64,000 bases of DNA, taken from assembly GCA_964057225.1 (NCBI GenBank), contig OZ059894.1, forward strand, positions 9,362,001 through 9,426,000, read 5' to 3'. Under the pieces are notes generated by a model. It saw only the letters and a program-made list of their open reading frames with translations, made no database searches and was not told where the DNA came from. The stretch comes from Auanema rhodensis. Taxonomy: Eukaryota > Animalia > Nematoda. Shown here piece after piece: positions 41,034 to 54,508 of the stretch (positions within the stretch are counted from its first letter, which is position 1; every line of letters begins with the position of its first letter). A program made the translations under genes and the position numbers.

Positions 41034-44000
41034 ATGGCTCCAAAATGTTCTGGCGAACACTTGGATACACGCAAAAGCCTCAAAGGCTTAGCTCAATTCA
41101 TGCTGCCAGCTCTTATTGAGAAAGGTGAAGCCGATAATGAATCCGAACGAAGAAACCGCCGTTTTGGAGGAAATCGTCTGCTCAATTCAGCTCATTCCCA
41201 GATTCTTAAGAGTGCTGCTAACATGAAGGATGTAAGTTTTCAAATTGTCGTAATTGGCCGGAACTATCTTTTCGAAAATCGGCTGAAAAACACTTTTCCT
41301 GTTGTCAAATTGGTACAAGGTGGGAATGAAATGAAGACAGATTATAATTCGATTGAATAATAGTTTGAGCTTTCATTTTATATTTTCGTTTATATTCCCT
41401 TTCTAAGAAAAACTGCAATTTCTCTTTCTCTATCTCTCTCTCTGTGAACTCTAAGCCCTCTCTCTATTCTTTTCATTTACTCTCTTCATCATATTTTCGA
41501 GAACATTTGAAATTATATTGATAACCATGATCAAAAATCAAAATGTACGTGATAATATGACACAGGAAGTTGTTTTTCTCACAATTTTCAATAACAAATC
41601 ATATTTGTTGTTGTTTGTATTTAGATAGCTGGACGTGCTCATCAAGCTGGTAAACGACATGTTGAACGTCTCCAAGAAAAGCCACCCTTGTGCTTTCTCA
41701 TACTCAATCGTGCATATCATAAATATGGTTTGAAGGTTTGGTTTTTTGTTCTTTTCAATCATGTTTATCTTCATTCTTCATCGAATTCTACGTTTTTTTC
41801 CAGCATGTTGTCCTCATTCTAGTCTTTCTCTGTTATACAGCCATTGGTGCATTAGCTATTTTAATAGCAGAGAGTCCCCATCAAAATAAGTTGAAATCAG
41901 AATGGAATGATGTAATACACTATTACAAGTTTATGAGAATATCAGATTTATGTTCTTTCATTTCAGAGAGTCACTTTGACTCGTTCTATACGGGTTAATG
42001 AACTGATGAAAAGAGCTTTCAATAATTCAGATTATCTTATCTACATCAAAGGGGCTACAACTGAACGTCTTCGATATATGTTTCTTCAGTAAGTTTGTGC
42101 TAAATTTGAAAAAAATCATTATTCAAACTCTATGTTAAGTTCAAATAATGTTTATAAAAGTTGAAATCTAGGATGAATGTTGCAATATTTTCTTGATAGT
42201 ATGTCATAAATCAATGAAAAGTGAAGACAAAAGAGCATACAAAAGCATTAAGCTTGGATTGTTTTCCTTCTCTTAGCTTTATATAAGCAAACTATATAAG
42301 ATTTAACTTTGTTTTTGATACTAATTTTACTTCTCCATATTCAATCACTTGACGTCCTTTTTCCTTATTTTCATATGATATAGATTCATTTTTCCTTTTG
42401 TTACATGACTTAAACATCTCCAAGAACTTGAAGAGTCCTTAGGGGGATAAAATCTTAGACAATGCTGAGCGTCATGCTCTGTCGCCAATCCTAATCTGTT
42501 GAGTTTTTGTTCTTTTTGAACTTTTTCTACATTTTCAACTAGACAAATGTTTTTGTGTCTTAAGTCATGTAACATTATTTTTAAGTTAAAAGAACAAATA
42601 TAACTATAGTTGTCTGCAAAATCACAATACACAACAATATTCTTCAGTGAATTATCGCTATATGAGCAGCAGTTAGACGTACGATGGTCAGACCAAAAGA
42701 TGGAATGGGACTTCTGGAGTGCTCTTCTATTTGCTGGTACTATCTGCACAACAATTGGTTTGAAAACATATCTTTTCATTTGCCATCATGCTGCAAGTTT
42801 TATTTTAAGGTTATGGTCATATCTATCCAGTTACGAATGTTGGACGTGTTATAACTATGATATTTGCTTTGTTTGGAATACCATTAATGCTTCTTGTTCT
42901 TCAAGATATTGGAAAATTGCTGACAATCACCATGAAATATCCATGGTTTCAAACAAAACGCTTAACCAGACGTATACTTAGGTAAGATCAATCCATTTCA
43001 TCCGTTTCAACCCATTTTTGAAACCAAATTCCGTGTTTTTTTGTTTCAGATGTTGTACTAAACAACCTATAGCGGAAATGAAGCAGATTGAAGTTAAAGA
43101 ACGACAAGATTTGGAAGTTTTTGACCTGCCAGTTCCTGTTGGATTATCACTGATTGTCATTTGGGTATTTAATTTATTAAATTATCATATACATATATAC
43201 TTATATTTATAAAACATTCATACGTATAAATTTAAGGTAGAGTATAAAATAGAATGCAATCATTTTTTTTTAGAAATCTGTTTGAATGCAGCCGATTTGT
43301 GCTGAATTTCAGAACCAAATGAAATCAACATTTCGTAAATATTAATTAGCATAAACGTATTGCAGGTGCTGATTTGCTCTTTAGTACTATCAGCTTGGGA
43401 TAGTAATTGGACTCTTGTTGAATCTTTCTATTTCTTCTTCCTATCATTGAGGTTCATTTGATATTCATCATCTTATATTCTAATTTTTGTGAATTTAGTA
43501 CGGTTGGATTAGGTGATCTAGTTCCGTCATCACCACGCCTTCTGATTACTATGTTTGGATTCATATTAATAGGTTTATCGCTTGTTTCAATGGTTATAAA
43601 TTTATTACAAATGAAGGTAATGAATTAAAAATAATTGCAATTTTTCTATTAATAGATTTGATTTTCAAATGCAAAATATTGTTTTTAGATGAAGAAAACA
43701 TACGAAGCTGGTAATGTTACCTTAGTACGAGAACAAAGTGTAACCACATTGGGAATTATTCAAGTAAATAGCTAAATAAAATAAATTTCATACGTTATAT
43801 GATTTGCTTTTAGTGTTTTGATGAAGAACAAGCAAGTTCTGACCGAAGTCTTAGTCGCTCTACTCAAACCAGCTTGAGTTTGCCTGCAGTTAGACAGGTA
43901 AATAAACATAAAGAATACCAAAAACATTTCTTTTAAAGGTTGTATTACGATCAGACGGAGTACATTGGGTATCCGATGATTGTAGACTTAAAAGCCCCGA

Positions 44001-44195
44001 TGAAGTTACAACGCTGGTTGAAATGGAGAGCAGCTTAAGAGTTTGTGAGCAAATTGGTACGAAACGATTGAGCAATCTTTGAGCACAAACAATATGAAAA
44101 TTCATATTTTAGGAGATAATAATAATGACCAAGAAGATGATGATAATTTATTGGAAGAAACAGACGTTCTCTTAGGAGCTGCAGAAGAAGATTAG
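41034..44195 (+). CDS. Two-pore-domain potassium channel (TWK family)
   Basis: WDFWSALLFAGTICTTIGYGHIYPVT.GR...FGIPL; WTLVESFYFFFLSLSTVGLGDLVP; four TM segments; stop TAG 44193-44195. Confidence 0.92.
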
Positions 44196-44396
44196 CGTCA
44201 AACGTCACATTTTTTATTTCAAATTTCTCTATTGGGATCTTGTTTGCCATACATTTTTTCTTAAAATAACTAAACATTATTGTCTAACTTGTATATATAT
44301 ATATACATTTAATAAAAGCATAATAATATAGATCGATAGTCCGTCAGTTTTGGATACTTCATCTCCGATTAGTTAAATTCCTGGTTCTCGTAGTGA

Positions 44397-45581
44397 TTAC
44401 TGAGATCGGTTTCTAGGTTTGAATATAAAACTTTTTAAATATTCACGATGTGATTTGAAGACTATAAAGTACATTATTGCTACTGATATAGGAGGAAACA
44501 TAAACAAAGGTAGGATGATAAACCCGACAGGTAAACTGCAAAGAAAAAGATAAATATGGAAGAAAAAATGAAGAGAGAGAGATAGAGAGAGAAGAGAAAC
44601 GATAACTCACCCTCGTAGCATAGATAAATCTACACACATAAAGAATAATGTAGAACATGTTGGAATTGTATTGAGAACTGTGAAATTCAGGAAATAGAAG
44701 AAGATCATCTTAGCTATAGTAGCTTGTTGTTTCATTGTTTTCGCTGACAAACTGTCTTTGCGAGCTCTAATAGTCATTATAATCCTAGAAAACGAAAGAG
44801 ATAAGAGACATAGAAGATTAGAATTGAATAAAGGAAACGTATTAAAACTATACTTGTATGTCATATATGGTAAAGTTATGCTTAAAAATACTCCAGCTAT
44901 TATTATTTCCATAAGTAATATATAAATAAATATGTTGGCTCTTTCTACATAGATAATATGGGCTTCATACTTTTCCATGATGATTTGAACACGCTGATCA
45001 ACTAAATAGATTTTCTGGCGTAACGGCTCCTGATTCATGTCTGTGCACATGACGAAGAACCAAAAATTCAATATCGGATATACGATAGCAAAAATGATAA
45101 ACAGAAAGACAATTTTCTTCGATAACTCCAATTTTGTTGTTTTATGAATAATTACGTAATTGTACATAGTAGCTATCCATTGTCCAATAGCAAAAATTAT
45201 AGCAAAGCTCAAGACAACCGGTATCATGTAGCCAGTACGTGGCATGAAAGTTCGAAATGAGCTAAAGCTATAAATAATGATGTAGGGCATGACGAGCATA
45301 GGTTGAATCATAATTCCTAATACGTTAGTTTGTAGTGCAGGAAAAATAATATTAGATAGTAAAATAGTTTTATAAGGTCTATTTAGTTGCTTATTCCTCT
45401 TCAAAATTAAAAAAACAAATAATATAACACATAAATTACATATGAATGTAATTGCGATTAAACCAATTTTATAATATACTATATAAGGCTCTATTGCAAT
45501 AAAATCATCATAAATACTAGAATATACATTTGGATTGATTTCTAGATGTACATTAAAGAAAGTAATATTAAAAAAAGCCAT
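44397..45581 (-). CDS. Nematode serpentine chemoreceptor (Srh/Sri/Str-like)
   Basis: Hydrophobic 7TM ORF; LSAKTMKQQ motif before TM6; introns 44853-44785 (69 nt, read through in ORF track) and ~44610-44537; ends ...KSHREYLKSFIFKPRNRSQ*. Confidence 0.75.
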
Positions 45582-46176
45582 TGTTATAAGCTAAAGCTTG
45601 AACAAGAGTTCTTAGCAGAGGAGGTTCAAGCTCAGAGAACTAGCATACACTAGCTTGTTCCGGCAGGAAACTATTTTCAGAATTAGAAGAGGTTGCCACC
45701 AACTTCAAGATATATTATAGCCGATCAAACAGGTATAACATATTGTTAAGCACAGAGAATACATGAATGAATTAATTAGATTAATAACTGATATATATAT
45801 ATATATATATATATATCTTGAAAATTCAATATTTTCATATATAATTTTCTAAATATGAATTATAAATAACTTATTCTATTAGTTAAGTTATCAATTAAAT
45901 ATTCATAATATCTTTTTCGTACATAAATTAATTTAAAGAATTTCATCATTGTATTGAATGAGGAAAAACGGAAAGCAACTTGTTCTGTACATCTGTACAA
46001 GTTTAGAGTACGAGAATGAGCTATGAAATGCATTTGAATGACGAGTTTCTCAACTCATTTTCAAATTTAAATTTTTTGTTTTTCGTATAAGCAACGAACA
46101 TACGATATCAGCATACTATTCTAATGATTTTATACATGACATTCAAGTTTCAAATAGTAAATTTGCATATGAGGCA

Positions 46177-46195
46177 TTTGAAAAAAGCGCCAAAA
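46177..46195 (-). promoter_or_regulatory. CDE-CHR (E2F + LIN-54/DREAM)-like element
   Basis: Minus strand TTTTGGCGC-N4-TTCAAA (TTYRAA), ~700 bp upstream of CPEB ATG. Confidence 0.5.
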
Positions 46196-46540
46196 TACGG
46201 AAGAGAGAAGGTAAGAGAGAGAGGGTATGAGGCTCAAATGGAACACCCACGAAGAGTAATTTGTTTCAAGCTCACTGTTAATCTTTTTTTTTTACCAAAT
46301 TTCTGGAGCGCTTAACTTAAATTTTGTCTTTTTTCCATAAAAACCATATTACTTACCTTAGTTGTTCTCCAATCTGCTATATCGGCAAGTGTCTCTCAAC
46401 TTCAAAGGCGGCTGGAACAAACACAAAGTTCCAGTACAAGTTGGTAAACAACACTTAAATCGTGATGTCATGACAGCTAAGATTAAAGCTTTACCGTCTT
46501 TACTATTCGCCATCTAAGGAGAAAGTGCATATTAGCATGA

Positions 46541-46613
46541 TACCACCCGTGGGAATAAAGACCTCCCGTGAGATAGAAGGCCACCCGGCATATGCACCGC
46601 CCCTTTTTCCCAT
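46541..46613. promoter_or_regulatory. Cluster of TRA-1/GLI-like and LAG-1/CSL-like sites upstream of CPEB gene
   Basis: TACCACCCG 46541, GACCTCCCG 46560, GGCCACCCG 46579 (19-bp period; cf. GACC(A/T)CCCA); CGTGGGAA 46548-46555; TTCCCAT 46607-46613. Confidence 0.55.
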
Positions 46614-46876
46614 CGGCTACTTTTTTGGACCTGCTTAGCTTTATTCTGTAACTTTGTTGCAATGTTGATCAGTCAATCGTTTAGCAGAATGCTTATTCTC
46701 TAGCATTAATCATTATATTTCCATTTTATTAGTATTTAGCACAGTTAGTGTTTGTATAATTCTTGTGTTTTAATCATTTTTCTCTGTTCTTCATTTTATG
46801 TTGTAGATTTGAACTCGTCTAAAATCTTACAGCTTATGCTCTTATATTGATATGATAATTTCAATTTTTAGATATT

Positions 46877-48550
46877 ATGACAAGTTACATTAGACAGCGA
46901 CCTCAAATTTTTAATCCACCGGACATTATTGAAGATCAGTTTGTTCCAATTAGCAAACGTTCTCCGGTAAATGACAGGTTCTTTTTCCCGGAAACGTATT
47001 TTGATTCAAGATTTCATGTATGATATGATTTGTTAAGATCATTATTTAAATCTTCTATTTTACAGCAAAATTTTTCAAATTTCCGTCAGTTTGGCCATTC
47101 CACTAGCTCGAAAAAAGCTCAAAAGTCTAGATCAGTGTGTGATGCTCGTTTGAGAGGTTATTAACTTATAATCTTCTTTATTCTCATATTCCTATTATAC
47201 TTACAGAGTTATTAAACGAAAAACTCTGCAGTAGACGTTCAATGAGTTTAGAGTCAGCTATTGTCCCTTCATATTCAAGAAAAGTTTTTGTTGGCGGTTT
47301 ACCTACTGATGTTCCTCGTCGTAAGTATTTTCCAGCAAAGCTTGTTGTTAAATCTCCAAGTTCAGACTATGTTGAGCGATTATTCCAACAGTTCGGTGAT
47401 GTTATGGTTGATTGGCCAAGAGCTGCTTCACATTACAAAGCTGGTCGTAATATTGGTAAGGCTTCTCCTGTTGTTTTTCTTTTATGGAAACTATCTATAG
47501 CTCCTTGTACATTGAATGGATATGTTTTCCTTGTATATGATAATGAGGATTCTGTGCGACATCTTATCAATGCATGTATTTCCGAGCCAAATGACAATCA
47601 TTATTGGCTTCGAATGGAGAGTCCTACCTTATTCATTAAAGCTGTAAGTTCGATACTTAGTTTATTCGCTCATTAATTCTTATTCAAGGCTCAAGTTCGA
47701 CCATGGGCATTGTCAAATATTAATTATGTACCTTATCCTGAGATAAAAATTGATCCACGTCGAACTGTTTTTGTGGGCGGTGTTCCTCGTCCTGCTACAG
47801 CAAGTAGGCTTATTCTACTCCAGATCTTAATTTTTTTTTTAATTTTAGAAGAACTAGCTCAAATTCTTGAAGCTCATTTTGGGACTGTTGTTTATGCTGG
47901 TGTTGACATTGATCCAGAGTTACGTTATCCCAAGGTGCAGAATTAGCTTTTGACTATGTTTGATCATCAGCTTGTTTTAGGGAGCAGCTCGCGTCAATTT
48001 TGCTACATATGAGTCCTATATCAAGGCGATTAACGGTCGATTTGTAAAAATGGAAAAGATGGAAACAAGTAAAAGAGTGGGTTTTCTTCTTATTTTCCAT
48101 CACAACTTTGAACTTGCCTTTGTAGGAAGTTGAAATTAAGCCATATGTGATGGACGATATGCTGTGCGATGAGTGTTTCGGCTCTCGTAACAACAACGAT
48201 TTTGCGGATTACTTCTGTGGTCATCGTCCATGTCGTCAATATTACTGCAAGTAAGTATTTTCCTGTTTACTTCGGTTTTTACTTTGAGTTTTCTAGGCGC
48301 TGCTGGGATTTGCTTCACGTTGGCTCCAGATCGGATCATCGACCCTGTGTTCGTCAAGGTGACCAGACTAAGGTACGATAATGCTTGATTGTACTTAATA
48401 CATTCATAATATTATTAACTTCAGGAGTTGTCCGAGCTTCCACACCATACTGCCTCAAATGACTTCAATACCGATCTGATTTTGAAGATGTTCTGCTCCA
48501 ACGCTGGAAAGCAGACGCTGCTAAACCCTTGGGGTATCTCATTGGTCTAA
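46877..48550 (+). CDS. CPEB RNA-binding protein (2 RRM + ZZ finger), CPB-2/FOG-1 group
   Basis: [10 protein letters not shown]; VDWPR; GYVFLVY; QVRPW; [14 protein letters not shown]; [17 protein letters not shown]; VEIKPYV; CDEC..FC..C.QYYC..CW..H..HRP.VRQGDQT; short N-terminus. Confidence 0.92.
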
Positions 48551-48627
48551 TAAGTTGCACATATTCTACCTAAAAACATTTTTTATATATAATTTACTTA
48601 TTCTGCTCACTATGGAGTACCTTAGTT

Positions 48628-48770
48628 TGTAACATTTCATCGTATTTTAGCATTACAACAACTAACATTGTACAATATTCTGCTCTCTTTCTTCAAATTT
48701 CATTTATTCAATTGTTCAATAGATAGCCTTCGTTTGCTACTTATTTTTTGAAGCTTCCACCTGTACCATA
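48628..48770 (+). promoter_or_regulatory. Three FBF/PUF-binding-element matches in CPEB 3' UTR
   Basis: TGTAACAT 48628, TGTACAAT 48669, ccTGTACCATA 48760-48770 fit UGURHHAU. Confidence 0.5.
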
Positions 48771-49143
48771 CCTACCTCCTTCAGTTTCTTTCTATAGTTC
48801 TTCTTTCCTGTTTTTGTTCCTCGAAATAAGCTTCGATGCTCTGTTTTTGCGTTATGTTCAGAGATTCCTTGTTCAGTTTGTTCCGGCTGCTTATACACTT
48901 TTCCAAAATTGCTCTGATGTAGCTTGAATTACGTACTTCTTAGATGTTCTCGTTCAATGCGCAAAAGAACTTTTCATTTCATGTGTAGGCATCTGTTGAG
49001 ATTTGATGCAATTATCTTAATTCACCTGTTCATGTTTCTGTTTATTCTGGTTCTTTTAAATAAGATATTTTTAAATTTTAATTATTATTATTATTATTAA
49101 CAACAAATCATAATCTTGTGAACAATAATCTATTTTTTCGGTG

Positions 49144-52100
49144 TTAGAAATGAGTTATTTCTACTGTTTTTCCTTGGAATATTGCTAAAACAGCCGGTAA
49201 TACAACACAGGATCCAATCAACGACGTTATTCCTAATGTTATAAGCATTGTACCAACCTGAATATATGATTTTGCAGATAGACATTATATAATGCTGATG
49301 TTAAGCTGTGGATTTTTTGTAAAACTTACTTCTAAAAAGGCTGCTGTGCTGGAAAACAGCAAGGGCAGACCACACAGTACTGATGTGATAGCAGCAAGTA
49401 TGCAGGCAGAGCCAGCTGACATCAATGTATCTCTGGACCAGTTCAATCATTGGGAAGATTCGTTGATAGAATGAACAGAACTGACCTTAAATTATCCGTG
49501 AGGTGTCCAGATGATCTAAGTCCAGCTACCATATGCAAAGTGAAATCCATACTCAATCCAATAGTAAGTATCAGAATTGTTGATTCAACAACACTCAGTT
49601 GCCAACCTAAAAGCTTGAATGAAGTTTTAAGCTTTAAGTTTTAACAAACCTAAAACCACTAATATGGAAACCGTAGTTATAATGATAGTTGTAATAATTA
49701 TAATTGCAATTATTGATAACAATAATCGCCGAGTGCATAGTATAACTACAATTAAGCTCACAAATACACTTATGATTACAGATTCTATAGTTGATGGACG
49801 GATTTGTTGTAGAATATCATAATATTTGGAAATATCAGCAGATGATAAGCATTTGAAGCTGTAATAGTTGTCTAGAAGAAGCTTCAAATATGATTTGGAT
49901 TAGGAATGAACGTTAAATTACTTATCAATGTTTCAACTTTCTTGCAATGATTATCGAGATTATAGAACAGATCTTCTATATGATCTGCATTAGATGTGAG
50001 GACTGTTTTAGTTGGAATAGCTATAAAATAACTGCAAATTGAGAAATAGAAAAACTATGAAACGAAAAACAATTAACCCAATCAGATTAAGTTTCTTGTC
50101 TAGAATTGGTCCGTCACTTGGTAAAACGGCTAGATCATCTGGAAACTGAGAAGGCAGCTTTTCAACGCTGAACGATACAAAGCAACTGGAAGGTATTACC
50201 TAAAAACGATACTATCAGTTATTTATTAAAACGAAAACTGGATATACAGCTTTAGAAGCGAATGAACTACAGCGTGATCTAGCTCTAAACTTGCTTAGCC
50301 AGGAAGTGTAATTATGAATTCCATTCAGAGACATCAGCATGTTCACTGTCTCCTAAAATCATGTTAACAACTTGAAACTATAGTATTCATACAACCTCAA
50401 TGTTCGCAAGACGCTCAGTAGTCACATGTAAGACTGGAGCATGAAGTTTTCCTTTTTTGGGTGGAGATAAGGTTTTACTATTACTTAATATGAATAACTT
50501 TAAAACTTGAAATCATAAAATTCGAACCTTATAGACATATCGCTGATCACGTAATATTCCATAAGATGGGCACTTCGTTTCCATTGAAAATCAAATAAAT
50601 GAGAATTATCATCATACCATTCATAAGGATCTGAGGATGTTAAGACCTTGAGCGAGAAGATTCATAAAAGATATTTCGAGAATCATTACCTTTGTAGGAT
50701 TATACTTGGGAACTCGTAGCCCTGGACGATAAAAGACAATGACAGATGATCCAATGAGAAGTAATACAATCAAGCTACATATTATATATTTGAATTTAAA
50801 TATGAATTTAACCATAAAATCAATAAATATTTCTTTGAAGCTTTTCTTAAACTTAGGTTTTATATCAAATTCAGCTGAAAAACCAGATATTTCTCCTATT
50901 CGTTAGAAACATTCAAACGTACATTCGGTTGTGAGTACTAGAGTACTTGGCAGGAGCAACAGAACTAGAGCATAGTTGACAAGGACAGTAAGACAGGCAT
51001 ATACTCCGAAACATCTTTAGCAGAAAAAGTAATGGAATTGAGAAAGTTGAGAGAGAAAACTACCTCAAAACCAGAATATCACTGGTAAAATTAGATAGAA
51101 AGGCAACAGCAGTTGTAGCTGATGTGATGAACATGCTCATGAGGGAATGACTCAAAGACAGTCTCAAACATCTTTGATGCCTTGATTGAGGTGGAAGATA
51201 GATATCTCCAGGTTTCCAAGGAGAAGAATGAATCTAAAATACCTATACAGCTTGAATGAAGTTTTAGATCTTACGTGAACTTCTTGACGAAAGTAGTTAA
51301 GTAGAAGGAAAGCATCATCTGCTCCAATAGCTATCATTAAAACCAAGACAAGAAGATTCAAAAAAGGAAAGAAGTCAATTGAGAATATCGTCTGAATATA
51401 TTGGAAAAGTTAGAAAACTTGAAATATTTTCATCTGACCACATAAATAGTAAATGATATTCCCATTGAAAGTATTATAATAGCTAATATCATGATGGTGA
51501 AGAAAATACTTCGTGAGTACAGAAGAAAACAGGAAAAAACAAAAAATGCTGGAAATGCTTGTTTATAAAAACGTTTTAGAGCTTGATATACCTGAGATTG
51601 TGGCTAAAACGACATCATGCTTAATGGCAAAAGAAAATTGAGATTCTTTTAGATTGAAAAATGCTCCTCTTAAAACTATGTTCTTTGAAAAATGCTTCTT
51701 CAAGTTGGTCAAAAGTTGGTTATAGAACTTGTGTGGCTCCGAAGAACTACTCACAATAATCTGAAAGATTATTATAATCAGAATTAATAAGAAACTTACA
51801 GGTAAAACAACAGCAATGTATCGAAAATCGTTCTTCAAAGGAAGTAGATAATGACGGACTTGAAGCATAGCTTCCAGTTGACATAGATCGTCTGAAGGAT
51901 CTTGTTGACACTTCTCAATACTATTTTTCAAGTTTAATATGCTTAAAAAGTTGGAGAGAGTATGGTTAGCAAGAACATTATTCAATAGCTTACTCTGGTT
52001 CATTTAAAGCTTCACAGAAGTTGGGGGTTGAGAAGTTTAAACAAGTTGCAACTAAGGGTAAATTAAAGGAATTTTGAAAAATTACAGAAGAATTTGGAAA

Positions 52101-52955
52101 ATTTGTTGAATTAATAGTTGATTTTAGAATCATATCAACTTCACATAGATGTCGAAATATAGGCAATGTAAACAGCTGGAATAGAGGATAGAGGAGAAGA
52201 AACCTAAAAAACCTCACCTGGTCAGGGTTTTCAACTTCGAGGATGATTTTCGCAAAATAGTCCATGTATTGATATGGAATCTTCTTACCCATTGAAGAAT
52301 ATTGTACACAAGCATCTGCTAAATCTTTTTCATCTGGTTCCGAATCAGATCCATAATCATTATAATCCACGTTTATTGGTTCTAATGTTGAGCTGCTGGA
52401 TTGTAATTGATTCTCTTGACTAAAGAGGTTGATTAAACTTTTAAGAAAAGAGAATCATCATGCGGTAAATACCTGAGAGATTGCTTGCCGATGATAGTGA
52501 TGTTCGTACTCACAACGTTGCTTTCTCGTTTTGGACGTTCTTTCTTCAAACTTTCATAAATATCAACTGGACGAGCTGATATATTCTTCAAATTTTCTAA
52601 TAATAACCGTCCATCTGATAATATAGTTCCTCGTGTTTCAAAGCCCTATATATAATGTTTTATTAAAAGAAGTTTTTTTGAATAATCTTGAAAATACCAT
52701 TGTTGGATTAAAATTAAAAACATTAAAATAGAAGTAGAATCCAAAAGAAGTTAGAAGAATTGAACAAGCTAGTGTGATAGCTATGATTTTTCTTGGATTA
52801 TTCAACGTTAACTCGCAATATCTAAAGAAAAGTGTATAAAACCTTTAACTATACTATATAGTATAGATCATAACAACCCACCTTTCAAATATATCTTCTT
52901 GTAAACGACGAGCCGCATATCTTAATCTGGTCATATATGATATTGAAGTATACAT
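49144..52955 (-). CDS. che-14: Dispatched-family sterol-sensing-domain RND protein
   Basis: FNPTMGFETRGT; PINVDYNDYGSDSEPD..D.C; FFPFLNLLVLVLMIAIGADDAFLL; SMFITSATTAVAF; IGLSMDFTLH; ends KTVEITHF*. Confidence 0.9.
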
Positions 52956-53584
52956 GATGGTGGACTAAAGCCTCTCACTCACAAGACGAGCTCCTTGTTC
53001 TCGTCTGCATTCTAACCATGTTGTCCATCTATTGCATTGACAAAAGAAAATACAATAAACGATCGAATGTGTTGTGTGAAGAAGCATTGAGTGTATTGAA
53101 GAGACTCGGACATACATATCAGCGAATCTATTTCCATATAATGGTTTGAAGAAAGAGCTGCAAACAGTGATAGTCATATAGAGAGAACGAGAAGACCTTA
53201 CTACCTCCCAGTTATGTACAGTCATGTGCATACAACATGCATATTTCTCACTCTCTGTATACACATTGTACATGTAGATACATTATCAATAGCCATTTTT
53301 TACTTTTTTTTTTCATAAGAAATGCTTGACCGATTTCACTCAGATGACTATTATTATAGCTTTTCTTATAATTTTTTTGGAGTTAATTGCCTGATTAAAA
53401 GGTCTTCAAATTGACAAATCATAGAAACCCTTCTCAAATTCTGAAAGAGATCAGAATAATCTTATTTATTTTTCCGTTAAAAAAATTTCTTTTATTAGAA
53501 CTATTTTCATTTTAATGGATTATATGAATTTCCTTTCTCATTCCTCTCCTCTGAGGCTAGAGAAGACATTGTATTTCATTGATA

Positions 53585-54508
53585 ATGAGGCTTTTGACTT
53601 ACTTCATATGCATCTCAGTTACATACGTGAGTTTTTTGTCTCAAAAGCCTCAGTTTCCAGTTTTTTAGGCTTGTCATACAGTGAAAATGGTCGAATTAGA
53701 AGCTGAAACAAGTAATATTCGAAATTCTTTAAATAACGTTGTTTATAATGTTCAAACGTAATCTCCTCATCTTTTTATTTTCATTAAAATTTGATTTAAG
53801 ATTTCTCCGAAAGCCATCTGTCGATGGATTTAAGCAGTTGTTGAATTTGCCAATTGAGGAAAAAGAATATGAACGATCATATAACTCAAGGTAATATCTT
53901 TCATATTCTTTCAAAATTTACTTTCAATCAGTGAACCTTGTAATGATGTAGCAATGGTTGAGCTTCAAACCACTTATTCCTGGAATGAATCGAAAACAGC
54001 CAAATATGGGTGATTATCGTAGTATTAATTTATGAATTACAATGGAATTTAGTCAAATTCTTCGTAATGAAATGAATAAATTAGAAAGATATAGTGGAAC
54101 AAGTGCATCTTCACTTGGAAGCGATATGAAGATTGTTACAGCGTGAGTCAACCTAATTAGCATATCCTGAACACGTTTACATTTTTCACGTATTGTCATT
54201 CATTTTCTTGTTTGTTGCAGTCTTAAACGGTTGTTCTGCCAGTTTTAAAACAGTTTTTTCTACTTTTTCTTTTTTTTTTTCAGGAAAATACATACAACAC
54301 AAGCAGAATATTTCGGGCAACGCATATTTGTGTCCGGTGTGACGAAGCAATGTCCACGAATTAAAGAATTTGTTCGAAAAGCTGTTTCATGGAGTACAAA
54401 TGTAAATCTGAGAAATACATAAAACAAAAATAAAATTATTCATTATAGATATCATTTGCGACTGTTGCATGCCGTTGTGATCCATTACTAGCTATTTATA
54501 AAGTTTAA
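53585..54508 (+). CDS. Orphan secreted protein, 188 aa, 7 exons
   Basis: Exons 53585-53626, 53669-53757, 53801-53890, 53932-54009, 54053-54142, 54284-54401, 54449-54508 join in frame with GT-AG: MRLLTYFICISVTYA-CHTVKMVELEAET...EPCNDVAMVELQTT...KQCPRIKEFVRKAVSWSTNISFATVACRCDPLLAIYKV*. Confidence 0.75.
54172..54233 (+). promoter_or_regulatory. TCATT-N24-CGGTTG motif copy inside an enlarged intron
   Basis: CACGT x2, TCATT 54200-54204, CGGTTG 54228-54233, within 141-nt intron 54143-54283. Confidence 0.55.

Noticed and set aside
46490-46615. HDV-like ribozyme idea (minus-strand GGCGAAT, TCCCACG, 8-bp long-range pairing) beside a CPEB gene
   Set aside because: P3 and P1 cannot be formed in the required order; repeated GLI/CSL-like sites explain the sequence better
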